Positions 48,016-58,241 of a DNA stretch of 64,000 nt are shown here, piece after piece. Positions within the stretch are counted from its first letter, which is position 1, and every line of letters starts with the position of its first letter. The stretch comes from Thermoplasmata archaeon (GTDB lineage Archaea; Thermoplasmatota; Thermoplasmata; RBG-16-68-12; JAFNFQ01). The stretch spans positions 1 to 64,000 of the forward strand of contig JBGPQV010000003.1 in assembly GCA_041489255.1 (NCBI GenBank). The letters are read 5' to 3'. The position numbers were made by a program, and so were the translations under genes. A model generated the notes under the pieces. It saw only the letters and a program-made list of their open reading frames with translations. It was not told where the DNA came from and did not search any database.

Positions 48016-49071
48016 GTGAGCAAGACGAAGTTGCTCTGCGTGACCGCTATCTTCGCTCTCCTCATGGTGACCGCCTTTCCATCAGCTCGCGGCACCGGAG
48101 ATGCCGTCGTGGAAGTGGCGGCCCACATGCCGAAAGCGCACTACAGGTCATCCGCGGTCTGGACGGGGACCGAGGCGCTCGTTCTTGGCGGCACCGATGA
48201 CATCGACGTTCTCGCCGACATCGTCGCCTACAGCACGTCGGGAAATAGCGCAAGTCTCAGAGGGGTTCTGCCCGATGCAACGATGACATCTCCCGCCATC
48301 TGGGACGGGCACTACGCGTTCATATTCGCGGGGGAAAACGGCAGCGCCAGGCAATCCCGAGTCCTCCGTTACGATCCAGTCAACAACGTCACGATATTGA
48401 TGACCGCCAGACTCCCCACAACGCGCATCGGCGCGGCGGCGGTATGGGATGGACACGACGCCTACGTGTTCGGCGGGCACAACGGGACAACAATCGAGGC
48501 GAGGGTGTTCAAGTACAACACGACGACCAATACGTTCACGGTGATGTCTGCGAGCATGCCCGTGGGCACGGGCGGCACGTCGGCCGTGTGGACGGGGACG
48601 GACATCTACATCTTCGGGGGCAAGACGAACGCCGGGGCGTCAAATCAGATTCTGAAGTATAATCTGCAAACGGACACGATGACCCAGGTTGACGCGACAT
48701 TGCCCAGCCCAAGGTTCCACACTTCAGCGGTCTGGGACGGGGAGAACGCGTACATCTTTGGCGGCAACGACGGTGCCCATGCCCTTCCCGACATCGTGCG
48801 GTTCACCCCTGCCACCGGCGAGGTCAAGCTGCTCTCGGAGAAACTTCCGGGGCCCCGCGAGATGACAACCGCCATCTGGGACGGGAACGCGGCCTACGTC
48901 TTCGGGGGGCTGAGCAACGTGATCCTTCCTCTGGACGAGATAGTCAAGTTCGGCTTGGGGGGAGGCGAAGCGGCAGACTGGTCCGGTCTCTGGGTCGGAC
49001 TGATGATCGCAGTGGCGGCAATCATCGTGGTCGCGCTCCTCAGCGTGAGACTCAACAAGAAACACGCTTGA
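48016..49071 (+). CDS. Secreted kelch-repeat beta-propeller with C-terminal TM
   Basis: Six SAVWDG..YIFGG repeats. Confidence 0.9.
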   Translation: MSKTKLLCVTAIFALLMVTAFPSARGTGDAVVEVAAHMPKAHYRSSAVWTGTEALVLGGTDDIDVLADIVAYSTSGNSASLRGVLPDATMTSPAIWDGHYAFIFAGENGSARQSRVLRYDPVNNVTILMTARLPTTRIGAAAVWDGHDAYVFGGHNGTTIEARVFKYNTTTNTFTVMSASMPVGTGGTSAVWTGTDIYIFGGKTNAGASNQILKYNLQTDTMTQVDATLPSPRFHTSAVWDGENAYIFGGNDGAHALPDIVRFTPATGEVKLLSEKLPGPREMTTAIWDGNAAYVFGGLSNVILPLDEIVKFGLGGGEAADWSGLWVGLMIAVAAIIVVALLSVRLNKKHA

Positions 49072-49099
49072 GCAGGAGCGAGCCAGGCCGCCCCGCTCC

Positions 49100-52000
49100 T
49101 CAACCATAAACTGCCCAGTCGACATCAGAAGGCACGAATATCCAGTAGCCCTCTCCCGCCGCAAACGTGTATCTGTCCGGCGCTCTCTGCAGATAGTACG
49201 GGGCAGCCCGCGCATCGAATGTCTCGACCACCACGCCAGCAAGGCCGATTGCGGCCTTGAGGTCCGCCACGGTGTAAGAGGTGTTGAAAGACGGATAGCC
49301 GACCATGTTCCAGCCGGCGTGAAGGGACAGCACGGTGAGTCTCTCGGGGTAGCCGGTCACAACGAAATCGCAGGGAGCCGTGACGTTGATCCAGAAACCC
49401 ATGGTGTTGTCCAGCCGCCTTATGTCGTTGTATCCCCTCGAGGACTCATAGGACTTCCAGTGGTCGTTGGAATCGAGCGCATCATACCGGCGGACATAGT
49501 CGTAGCAACCGGAAAGCGAACTCAGCACCGCCTCGACGTCATCAGGGACAGGCTTGAGCGGGAACGACACGAACCGGTGACCAGGGGTGAGCGAGAGAGT
49601 GTAGGTGGTCAGGACCAGGAATGCGCGGCAGGCCAGATTGTTAGCTTCATTGCCTTCAGCTATTCCATTGTCAGGGTCGGCGATTACACATATGTCGTGC
49701 ATACCGAGCGGGTTCGCAATCCACACGACGGAGGCGAGCCCATTGCCGCCCGGACTCGGGATGAGCGGTATGACCTGGTCAGATCCTATCTGGTTTGAGC
49801 CGGAAGGCGGACCATCGTGGAACCTGACCACGACACCGATGGCGTCAGAGGACCCGAGGTTGTCGATGGTCGCGTTTATCGTGACCGGTGTGCCGGCCGC
49901 CACCGGCCCCGGCGGGTCGAAAGCTATGTCCCGTTGACCGATCGCGAGGTCCGGGAACAACCGGCCCAGTTTCGTGACATAGCCGTCCCTGTTCGGATCG
50001 ACTGTCGTGTCGAAGGCTCCCGGCGTGACGGGGAAATCCGTGGAGTTCGTGATGCCGGTCACGTAGGTTTCGCCGACAGCGTTGACAGTGAGGAAGTTGA
50101 GATACCCCTCCGTCCCGCTCCCGCCAAGGTATGTGGAGTTGGCGGGGAATCCGGTCTCGTTCATCTCAGTGACGAATGCATCCATGAGGCCGTTGTACGA
50201 GCCGTCGAGAGCGCCCGGTGTGACTGGAAGGTCATCCGAGTCGGTACCGCCCGTTATGTAGGCATTCCCCGCCGAATCGATCGCGATGGCGTTCCCGAAC
50301 TCGCCGTTCCCACCGCCAAAATAGGTCGAGTATGTCAGCGAGCTCCCGCCCGAATTCAACTTCGTGATGAAGGCATCGTAGAGACCTCCGTTGAAAGAGG
50401 AGTCGTAAGCACCGGGAGTCATGGGGAAGTTCGGCGAGACCGTCGATCCGGTCACGTAGGCCAGCCCCGAGGGATCGACCGCGATGCTGAGCCCGACGTC
50501 GTAGTCGCTTCCCCCCAAGAACGTGGAATAGCCGAGGGAGCTACCTGTGACACCGATCTTCGTGACGAAGACGTCGGAAGAGCCGCCCTGCGATGAATCG
50601 AAGGCGCCGGGCGTGGTCGGGAAGTCGGCAGACCAGGCGCCCCCCGTCACATACGCGTTCATGGCGGTATCCACCGCAATCGAGTAGGCGAAGTCCGCAT
50701 CGCTCCCGCCAAGGAACGTGGAGTAGATGAGAGCCATCCCCGTCGAGTTCAGATTCATCGCGAACGCATCTGAATCTCCGGAGTTGTATGAGACATCGAA
50801 GGCTCCAGGTGTCACGGGGAAGTCCGCTGACTCGGTTATGCCCGTGACGTAGACGTTGTCCGCAGCATCGATCGCCACAGAAGGCCAAGTGTCGTTCTCA
50901 GCCCCGCCGATGTACGTGGAGAACAGCAGAGCGTTTCCATCCGAGTTCAGTTTCGTCACGAACCCGTCGAAATTGCCGTGGGGGGTTCTGCTGAAGGCGC
51001 CTGGAGTAGTGGGGAAGTTAGAGGACATCGTGTCGCCCGCGATGCACGCATTGCCATTCGCGTCGAGGGTTATGGAGAGGCCCGCGTCGAAACCGCCACC
51101 GCCGACATAAGTGGAATAGACGAGCGAACTCCCGTCCGCGCTCAGCTTCGTCACGTAGGCGTCATCAGTCCCTCCCCGAGTGGTGTCGTACGAACCAGGC
51201 GTGGTCGGGAAATTGATCGACTGTGTCTGTCCCGTCACGTAGGCGCTGCCGCTGCCGTCGACCTTGACGGAGTAGCCACGGTCCCAGCCGCTCCCGCCGA
51301 GGAACGTGGAATAGATCAGGGGGTCGATGGTCAGGGGCGACGTCCCGTCCCATCCGGCGCAGTCGAAGCCGTAGGATTCTCGATCGCGGAGGGAGAAGCC
51401 GCAACGGACCTCCGCACCGCCCTCTTGGTAGGAGTAGGGCTCGCTGTCCCGCATCTCGCCCGCCGCCGTCGCGACCGCCATGCCGCCCGCCACGACATCA
51501 AGAGACTCAATCCCGTCGTACCGCAGTGTGATGACCCTCGGGTCCGCCCCGGGGCTCAGGAGGAACTCGTACTTCACCCCGTTCCCGGTCGGGCGGTAGA
51601 CGAGGTCGATGCCATCGTACAGGTCCTCGTAGACGACCTCCCGGTAGCTGGGGACGTCGGTCTTCCACGTGGCGGGGTCGCTGCCGATGAAGAAGTTGCT
51701 GCTGAAAGGCAGGCGGTCTCTGCCGACCGGCCTGACCTCGTTCTCCCCCTCGAAGCGGAGGAGGTAGGCGACCGAGACGGTTCGTTGCACCGCTTCGACA
51801 AGGGCTGGGCGGGCGTGCTGGAGTACCTGATCACTCTCCGTCCCATCTTGCGCCTTCATCTCATCAGATAGTACGAACACCACGCCGTCATCGCGGAATC
51901 CAGCCGAGGGATTCCCCATCGAATAGAATCTTACACCGTCCGCGACTTGACCGGCGTTCTCGATGACGTAGTCTCCGGAAAGGCTCCGCACGACCGTCTC

Positions 52001-52180
52001 CTGGGACATTGCCCTGCTCCCGCCACCGCCCGAAGGGGGGGCGGTCTGCAGCAGCGGGACTGCTGTCAGGCTCGACACGAGGATGAGGGCCACCGATGCC
52101 GACACGGCCAGGATGCCGCCTGGGTGCGCATGCCTAGTCGCATCATGTGGCTGACCAGCGCGAGACATTCGCGGATGCAA
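49100..52180 (-). CDS. SBBP beta-propeller repeat protein plus CARDB domain
   Basis: Repeated YSTFLGGS..D.G.SIAVD..G.AYVTG.T.S.DFPTTPGA; exact start uncertain. Confidence 0.9.
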   Translation of the reverse strand: MHPRMSRAGQPHDATRHAHPGGILAVSASVALILVSSLTAVPLLQTAPPSGGGGSRAMSQETVVRSLSGDYVIENAGQVADGVRFYSMGNPSAGFRDDGVVFVLSDEMKAQDGTESDQVLQHARPALVEAVQRTVSVAYLLRFEGENEVRPVGRDRLPFSSNFFIGSDPATWKTDVPSYREVVYEDLYDGIDLVYRPTGNGVKYEFLLSPGADPRVITLRYDGIESLDVVAGGMAVATAAGEMRDSEPYSYQEGGAEVRCGFSLRDRESYGFDCAGWDGTSPLTIDPLIYSTFLGGSGWDRGYSVKVDGSGSAYVTGQTQSINFPTTPGSYDTTRGGTDDAYVTKLSADGSSLVYSTYVGGGGFDAGLSITLDANGNACIAGDTMSSNFPTTPGAFSRTPHGNFDGFVTKLNSDGNALLFSTYIGGAENDTWPSVAIDAADNVYVTGITESADFPVTPGAFDVSYNSGDSDAFAMNLNSTGMALIYSTFLGGSDADFAYSIAVDTAMNAYVTGGAWSADFPTTPGAFDSSQGGSSDVFVTKIGVTGSSLGYSTFLGGSDYDVGLSIAVDPSGLAYVTGSTVSPNFPMTPGAYDSSFNGGLYDAFITKLNSGGSSLTYSTYFGGGNGEFGNAIAIDSAGNAYITGGTDSDDLPVTPGALDGSYNGLMDAFVTEMNETGFPANSTYLGGSGTEGYLNFLTVNAVGETYVTGITNSTDFPVTPGAFDTTVDPNRDGYVTKLGRLFPDLAIGQRDIAFDPPGPVAAGTPVTINATIDNLGSSDAIGVVVRFHDGPPSGSNQIGSDQVIPLIPSPGGNGLASVVWIANPLGMHDICVIADPDNGIAEGNEANNLACRAFLVLTTYTLSLTPGHRFVSFPLKPVPDDVEAVLSSLSGCYDYVRRYDALDSNDHWKSYESSRGYNDIRRLDNTMGFWINVTAPCDFVVTGYPERLTVLSLHAGWNMVGYPSFNTSYTVADLKAAIGLAGVVVETFDARAAPYYLQRAPDRYTFAAGEGYWIFVPSDVDWAVYG

Positions 52181-52420
52181 GCGGATGTCTACCTGTCGAA
52201 TCCCTATTTAGCAGTTTCACACGCAGGGCTATGCACGGACCCGGATGGTCGATTGAGCGGAGTGGGTGGTGGATATGATCTTCATCCGGACGCTGGTCGG
52301 AAGAATCTTGCATCATGCGAATGGAATAATCGCATTACGCGAAGGCGACGAGGGCCAATCGGAGGCCGTTGGGATCGAGGAATCCTCCATCGGTGCGCAT
52401 CCCACTCCATACAGGGGTCC

Positions 52421-52921
52421 TTTCAACCACAGTCGCACGGACTCCGTCCACACTCGGAGAGACTCCGTCCGAACTCGCTCCGCCTACGTCCACGTGTGGA
52501 GACACTCCGTCCACACGCGCACGGACTCCGTCCGCGTTTTCCGGGGGTATCGATACTTGCGCGTATATGCGCGAGAATGTTCCCGGGCTCCGTCCACACT
52601 CGCTCCGCCTCCATCCACACGCGGAGAGACTCCGTCCACACTCGCACGGCCTCGGTCCACGCGTGGGAGGGTCCGTCCACACGCGGACCGGCCTCATCCA
52701 CGTGCGGAGGAACTCCGTCCACACGTGGAGCGGCTTGCTCCAGACTCTCCGGGGCTTCCGGTGCAGTTTTCCGCATCCGCGACGATGTTCCGAAGCTCGG
52801 TCCGAGTGCTCCGAGAATCCATCCACACGCGGAGGGACTTCCTCCACACTCGGAGCGACTCCGCCCACATGTGGAGCAGCTCCCCCCACACTCACCCGAG
52901 CTTGCTCCGGATGCATCGGAG
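52421..52921. repeat. Degenerate 21-nt tandem array (~20+ units), consensus CTCCGTCCACACNCGGAGNGA
   Basis: Units at 52442, 52463, 52484, 52505, 52526 .. 52588, 52609, 52630, 52651, 52671, 52692, 52713 .. 52817, 52838, 52859, 52880. Confidence 0.9.
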
Positions 52922-53010
52922 TCCAATCCGCATTCGTGCGCGACAACGCTCGATATTCTCGGCAATCCTTTTAAGTAGCCCTCGATGGCATCGGGGCTCA
53001 GGAAGATGAG

Positions 53011-53187
53011 ATGAAGAAGAAGGTGACGAGGCCCCTAATCAAGGTCAACAAGAAGGTGCACGTGGTGCACTTGAACGTCGGCTCGGGCTATGTCACGTAC
53101 CTCGAGGAAGATTGCAGGCAGGGGGATGTAAGGGTGAGGGGGATCTCGCTCGAAGCCTCCGCGAGGAAGAAGGCGGCAAAGAACTAA
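53011..53187 (+). CDS. 58-aa basic protein, possible Cc1-like chromatin protein
   Basis: MKKKVTRPLIKVNKKVHVVHLNVGSGYVTYLEEDCRQGDVRVRGISLEASARKKAAKN; TTTTAAGT box upstream; host-like codons. Confidence 0.55.
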   Translation: MKKKVTRPLIKVNKKVHVVHLNVGSGYVTYLEEDCRQGDVRVRGISLEASARKKAAKN

Positions 53188-53310
53188 GCGGCAGTCTCCT
53201 TCGAATCCTGATAGCATTTCATGATTTGCGGTTTCACATACATCCTCATCGCTGGATACACCCCGACATTCCCAGACGTAACAGACCGGCGATACATAAG
53301 GGAGGAGTCC

Positions 53311-53478
53311 TTGAATCCCACCCCTGAAGACAGCGTCCTCCAGAAGTGCGTAGAGATCAGGAAGGTGAAGCAAATGAGTATTTTCACCCAGTAATGCGTC
53401 TGCGTGAAGGCCTCCAAGGGAAACCCGGAAAAGATGTGGTTCTGCAAGCTGCCTGACTACCGAGGCTGCGGTTGGTGA
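53311..53478 (+). pseudogene. Small Cys-rich ORF interrupted by an in-frame TAA (53392)
   Basis: GGAGG plus TTG; ..QKCVEIRKVKQMSIFTQ*CVCVKASKGNPEKMWFCKLPDYRGCGW. Confidence 0.45.
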
Positions 53479-53543
53479 ACCGGGGATTTGATACGCCCCA
53501 GGCTCTACAAAAGACTTATGAGCCTGCCAGCGAATCTTGACTC

Positions 53544-56012
53544 ATGGGTCTGGAGGCGGGGACCGTGAGGACTGTCGCTGCGTTATTGGTTGGGTGCCTC
53601 TTCGTGAATTCCATTTCCGGCTATGTCATGCAGCAACCGCCGTCGCCTCAGACAGTGACGCTGCCATGCACGTTCGAGGTCGCCCAGGGCGGGTCGAACC
53701 ATGCAGTAGAGCCCGTCGAGCGGGCGCAGACAGTCAGCTCATTCTACAACTACTTCAGCGACAGCGCACACACGCCGTTCGCCGAGGCCTACGTGAGCGT
53801 GCTCTATCTCTATCTTGACACCGGAAGCAGCAGGTTGTACTTCGTGTTCCACTTCAATGTCGACGGAAGCGGAACGCCTGATGCACTGACGGATGTTGAG
53901 CTGCAGGGAATCCCGGCAGGAGCTTCAGTGGCGGTCTCCGACGACCCCGGGGAGTTCAACCTCGCGCGCAATCCCCAGGGCCAGTTCCATTACTTCACCA
54001 ACACTGACGGCGGCGCCCTTGGACCGCTGCCGACGAGCAGCGAGTGGACCATGAAGGTGGACCTGACCCACTATGGCCCGGACCCGGCGCGCTACCAGCG
54101 CTGGGTCGATAGCGACGGTACTCACATCCCGCTTTCGATGACGGGGCAGGTCACGATCGGGAGCGCATGCAACAAGCCGCCTGTGGCGAACGGCAGCGGG
54201 CCGTACATCGGCACCGAGGGGTCTCCGATCCTGTTCAACGCGAGCGGTTCCTATGACCCCGACGGAGACGCGCTCACCTACGCATGGGACTTCGAAAACG
54301 ATGGCACCACGGACATCACGACGATGAACGCCACGGTCAGCCACACATATCCTGATGACTTCAAAGGGAAAGCGAGGCTCACAGTCTCCGATGGGAAACT
54401 GCAGAATTCTACGACGGTCGACGTGGGCGTGAAGAATGTCTCTCCGTCAATAACCTTCGACTCAGTCACGGATTCTCCAGAGGGCGGTGTGATCACGCTG
54501 CAGTTCAGCATCACCGACCCAGGAGCAGATCCGGTGAATGTCACGGTGGACTGGGGAGACGGCCTCCCGCCAGAATTCATCGGCCCATGGTTCAACCCGA
54601 GCGGACAGACGGTGACCGCCACGTGGACTTACGGAGATGACGGCAGCTTCCCGCTCGAGATCACCGCAACCGACGACGATGGCGGGGTCGGGATGCTGGA
54701 AGGCAAGTTCGCGATAGTGCAGAACCTCCCGCCGACAATCATCGCACTTTCATTCCCAGCCACCGCAGACGAGGGGTCGCTCGTCGACATGACCGCAACC
54801 GGACAGGATCCGGGGAGCGATGACCTCCGTTTCACCGTGGACTTCGGAAACGGCGAGGTGGAGTCGAGGGTTTTCTACAATGACGGGGCCCGCCCTGACC
54901 CGCCGCTGAGCCCGCTCGGGACGTTCCCGTTCGCAGCCACGTCCACATTCACGGCATTCTACCCGCAGGACGGGGACTATGCCGGGGAGTTGACGGTGCA
55001 GGATGACGATGGCGGTAGTCTCGTGGTCACCTTCTACATCAACATTCAGAATGTTCCTCCGACGATTATCCCCTTCGGACCGGTCTATGTCGACGAGGGA
55101 TCACCCGGCAGCATGACCGCCACCGCAACAGACCCGGGCAACGACACGCTCGCATTCCATTGGGAGTTCGAACTCGGGCCCACCCTGGACGAGACATTCC
55201 CCGCAACCGGATCGCCAATGAGCGCCACCAGCACCGCCGCCTTCCTGTACGGGGATGACGGCAACTATTCCGTCCTCCTCACTGTGACAGATGAGAACGG
55301 CGCCTCTGCGGTGTATGAGACAGCGGTCATCGTCAGGAATGTCGCACCGACCACGCGGATCGTCCAGGTCAACCGTCCAGGAACGTTCACGCTGCGCGTT
55401 GCGGGAGAGAAGTGGCACGATGTCGAAGGCATCTTCTTCATCAACGACACTGTGCTCGGCGACCTGCGCATCGTCAGGATGCCGGGCTCCCCCGATGATC
55501 AGGCGATGTCAACGAACGTGACGGACCTGTTCCTATCGGCCAACTATTCCGCGAGGATCGTGTACACACCAGAAGACGACCCGATCAACGGGCAGCCTAA
55601 TGGCGCGAACCCCGTGTGGATCATGGTCGGGTCTCCAGGTGAGGAGCCGATCAGAATACACCACACGTTCAATGTCAACCACCCCGGGACCTACGTATGG
55701 GAGGTGGACCTCACGCCGTATGTGGCGAGATTGGCGGTTCAGTTCAAGGCGGTGGCGGTAGACCCGGGCAGCGACGACCTGACGTTCGAGTGGGACTTTG
55801 GGGACAACAGCACGATCCAGAACTCAACGGCGTTCAACGATGATGTCGGGCCGGACCCGCCAGAGAGCCCGGGCGGTACCTTCCCGTTCACCGCTGCGAG
55901 CGAGGTCAGCCATGCTTTCGCGAGCCCTGGAACCTATGTAGTCAGGCTGACCGTTCATGACGATGATGGCGGGAGCTCGACCACCAGTATGACCATCGCG
56001 ATCCTTGGCTGA
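53544..56012 (+). CDS. Secreted PKD-domain protein
   Basis: Signal peptide; FNASGSYDPDGD.LTYAWDF and multiple WDFGD / TV.DDDGG repeats. Confidence 0.88.
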   Translation: MGLEAGTVRTVAALLVGCLFVNSISGYVMQQPPSPQTVTLPCTFEVAQGGSNHAVEPVERAQTVSSFYNYFSDSAHTPFAEAYVSVLYLYLDTGSSRLYFVFHFNVDGSGTPDALTDVELQGIPAGASVAVSDDPGEFNLARNPQGQFHYFTNTDGGALGPLPTSSEWTMKVDLTHYGPDPARYQRWVDSDGTHIPLSMTGQVTIGSACNKPPVANGSGPYIGTEGSPILFNASGSYDPDGDALTYAWDFENDGTTDITTMNATVSHTYPDDFKGKARLTVSDGKLQNSTTVDVGVKNVSPSITFDSVTDSPEGGVITLQFSITDPGADPVNVTVDWGDGLPPEFIGPWFNPSGQTVTATWTYGDDGSFPLEITATDDDGGVGMLEGKFAIVQNLPPTIIALSFPATADEGSLVDMTATGQDPGSDDLRFTVDFGNGEVESRVFYNDGARPDPPLSPLGTFPFAATSTFTAFYPQDGDYAGELTVQDDDGGSLVVTFYINIQNVPPTIIPFGPVYVDEGSPGSMTATATDPGNDTLAFHWEFELGPTLDETFPATGSPMSATSTAAFLYGDDGNYSVLLTVTDENGASAVYETAVIVRNVAPTTRIVQVNRPGTFTLRVAGEKWHDVEGIFFINDTVLGDLRIVRMPGSPDDQAMSTNVTDLFLSANYSARIVYTPEDDPINGQPNGANPVWIMVGSPGEEPIRIHHTFNVNHPGTYVWEVDLTPYVARLAVQFKAVAVDPGSDDLTFEWDFGDNSTIQNSTAFNDDVGPDPPESPGGTFPFTAASEVSHAFASPGTYVVRLTVHDDDGGSSTTSMTIAILG

Positions 56013-56047
56013 ACTGATTCCAATCAGCCACATCCATACGGCAAAGT

Positions 56048-56186
56048 ATTTTGTCAGGCCGAATATCGGTCGACAAAATGGGACTGCTCCATAGAACTCT
56101 TTGTCCGGTCTTGTCCCCCCAAGCTCCGCCCTGCAATACGGGCGGGGCACCTTTCCTTTTTCCATTATGGGATAAATTCTTGTCCC
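56048..56186. other. Cluster of three stem-loops (terminator or structured RNA)
   Basis: Hairpins 56048-56079, 56123-56148 (followed by a pyrimidine tract) and 56169-56186. Confidence 0.45.
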
Positions 56187-56216
56187 GATTCCTGCACTCG
56201 CTCTCACAGGTGGAAC

Positions 56217-56516
56217 ATGGAAATTGAATGAACGAAGACTAGCCCTGAAGACTCACAGGAATCGCGGGCAAAGATGATCGCCGAAAATAATAGGGCGTTG
56301 AACCGATATGTGGCAGGAATTAGTAACCAAAGCCTAACGAAGGTGAAAGAGCGAGCCGATTCTCTCCAAATGGCCATGGATCAGTTGGGGAATGATGTGT
56401 GCCCGGCAGCTGCCGACCTCAACAAGGTAGCAAGCTGCGTGCGGCTGCCAACGTGGGACGCAATCTGCGAATCTCTTATCGTGAAAGCATATCCTCCCCA
56501 TGGCTTAGCGGACTAG
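56217..56516 (+). pseudogene. Probable gene fragment
   Basis: SD-preceded ATG 56217 is in frame with ORF 56274-56516 but has TGA at codon 5. Confidence 0.25.
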
Positions 56517-56573
56517 GTGACCACTTGATTGAATCTACCCTCTTGCTGCGCCTGCTCTGCGCCCAGCCGCGGT

Positions 56574-57119
56574 TCACAACTGCACGAAGAGGCAATTATA
56601 GACCGTCGGAGGTCCGGGCTCCCCCGGTGCATTGCCTTTCATGCCAGGCACTCTTAGGGAGAGTATCGACCATGGCAGCACCTCGATGCCTTCGTTCTCG
56701 AGTTGTCTCAGTATGCAGTCCTCCAGATGTTTCAGTCTGTCGGGCACGATCTCGGGGTCCTGCCACCCTCTTTCCCCCAGCACACCCCAGTGGAACCTCG
56801 CAAGCGGCCGCGCCTTGCTGATGTGTATGAAGGCTTCGTAATCGCCCATCCTTATCTGGCCCGGCTTCGTGCGAGGGTCCCTCGAAACAGGTTTCAGTCT
56901 CGACTCCGAGGTCCTTATCCAGTGGCATATGTCGTAGTTCCCATCTAGCCAATAATACGCGTTTACGCCGCATTCGTCTCTGATGCGTTGGCAAAGTCTC
57001 TCCACCTTGGCACAATCTCTCATCGTGAATTCGAACTTGGGGTCCATCTTGTCGAAATCCATCGATGGATACATCTCTCTTGTCAGACGGATTATCTTGT
57101 CCGGAATCACGCTCTCCAT
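56574..57119 (-). CDS. Putative immunity protein, copy 3 (181 aa)
   Basis: 26 of 181 residues differ from 58242-58787; lies behind an orphan toxin tip. Confidence 0.8.
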   Translation of the reverse strand: MESVIPDKIIRLTREMYPSMDFDKMDPKFEFTMRDCAKVERLCQRIRDECGVNAYYWLDGNYDICHWIRTSESRLKPVSRDPRTKPGQIRMGDYEAFIHISKARPLARFHWGVLGERGWQDPEIVPDRLKHLEDCILRQLENEGIEVLPWSILSLRVPGMKGNAPGEPGPPTVYNCLFVQL

Positions 57120-57135
57120 TCAAATCATCTCATGG

Positions 57136-57318
57136 TTATTTCTGCTGTCGCCAATCGTTCACTGCTTTAATCCAGGCCCATACATTCTCATCTTTCACGG
57201 GGAAGAATGAAATTATCGAACCATCCGAAGCCCTTACAACAATTTTCATCTCGTCGATGTCACGCATCCCTGGTCTATACGTGTATGTTCGTCTGACTGA
57301 ATCTTGGCTTGCCAGAAT
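57136..57318 (-). pseudogene. Orphan toxin C-terminal tip (variant of the main tip)
   Basis: TYTYRPGMRDIDEMKIVVRASDGSIISFFPVKDENVWAWIKAVNDWRQQK* versus main IYTYKPHMYGIDEVTIVVRASDGSIISFFPVQGENVWAWIKALNDWRQQI*. Confidence 0.88.
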
Positions 57319-57374
57319 CTAACAGGAAATCGATATCCTGTAGAGACCCGTCTTTCTGGCCCTCACATGACCAT

Positions 57375-57920
57375 TCAAATCCAGGAGAAGAGGCATTCGA
57401 ACACTCTTGGCGGCTCTGGATTGTCGAACACCCGACCTCCCATGCCTGGCACTGGGCGGAGCAAGATATCCCTCGGAATGACCTCGATGCCCTCCGATCG
57501 TAGTTGGCTCAGTATGCACGTTTCAAGGGATTTCAGCTTTGCTGGCGGTTCGGGGAGTATCTCCCAGTGAAGCTTCCCTAGAACTTGCCAGGTCATTGCT
57601 GCCAGCGGGGCCGCCCTGCTGATATTCATCTGAACCTCGATGTCTCCAGTCCTATAATCCTCATGGCGAGCTTTGGGGTGCCCCGACACAGGCTTCTCCC
57701 TCGAGGTTGAGAGCCGTATCCAGTGACAGATGTCGTAGTTGCCGTCTAGCCAGTAATGGACGTTGACTTGACATTCCGATTCCAGGCGTCTGCAAAGCCT
57801 TTGCACCCTCGCAGGGTCGTCCTTTGAGCGCGCAAGGCGGGAATCCCTTTCGTTCACGTTCATGGTTGGATAAATTTCTCTTATCAAACGCATCAGGTCA
57901 TCTGGGATTGCTGTTTCCAT
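57375..57920 (-). CDS. Putative immunity protein, copy 2 (181 aa, divergent)
   Basis: ATG behind GGTGA; shares YWLDGNYDICHWIR, EGIEV, P.VF.CLF with the other two copies; same length. Confidence 0.8.
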   Translation of the reverse strand: METAIPDDLMRLIREIYPTMNVNERDSRLARSKDDPARVQRLCRRLESECQVNVHYWLDGNYDICHWIRLSTSREKPVSGHPKARHEDYRTGDIEVQMNISRAAPLAAMTWQVLGKLHWEILPEPPAKLKSLETCILSQLRSEGIEVIPRDILLRPVPGMGGRVFDNPEPPRVFECLFSWI

Positions 57921-57936
57921 CTCTGTCACCGTTTCG

Positions 57937-58150
57937 TCAAAACTGTTGAACCCATCTTGAGGGGCTTGGGTCTTGTGCCAAGAAATCCATCCTTGACCTA
58001 GTTCCGTGGCGGGAGGCAGCATCGCGCTGCAGCTGGAGGTACACCGTCTTCCTCCTTCCATCCCTTTCAAACTCCCCGAATATCGAACGGCCGATGTTCA
58101 TTTGACCGCACGGATGGAATGCGCTTGGGGCATTTAAGCCATCATTTGGA
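57937..58150 (-). pseudogene. Probable divergent orphan toxin tip
   Basis: Frame ends RWVQQF* 16 nt before the immunity ATG, the same spacing as WRQQI* and WRQQK*. Confidence 0.5.
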
Positions 58151-58241
58151 AAGCAGTCAAATCTTTGCGCCCAATCTCTCTTCCATCGATTGGATGCGGT
58201 ATCGGAGTCGGGCGTACTCGCCGCAGCCGCTCGGCTGCAAT

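Noticed and set aside
52266-53009. Overlapping long ORFs in several frames across the repeat array (also 40658-41174)
   Set aside because: Stop-free by virtue of the repeat; indels shift register; no credible start or SD.
57921-58070. N-terminal extension of immunity copy 2 (231-aa ORF call)
   Set aside because: ATG 57920 has an SD and gives exactly 181 aa like its paralogues; the extension is orphan-tip sequence.
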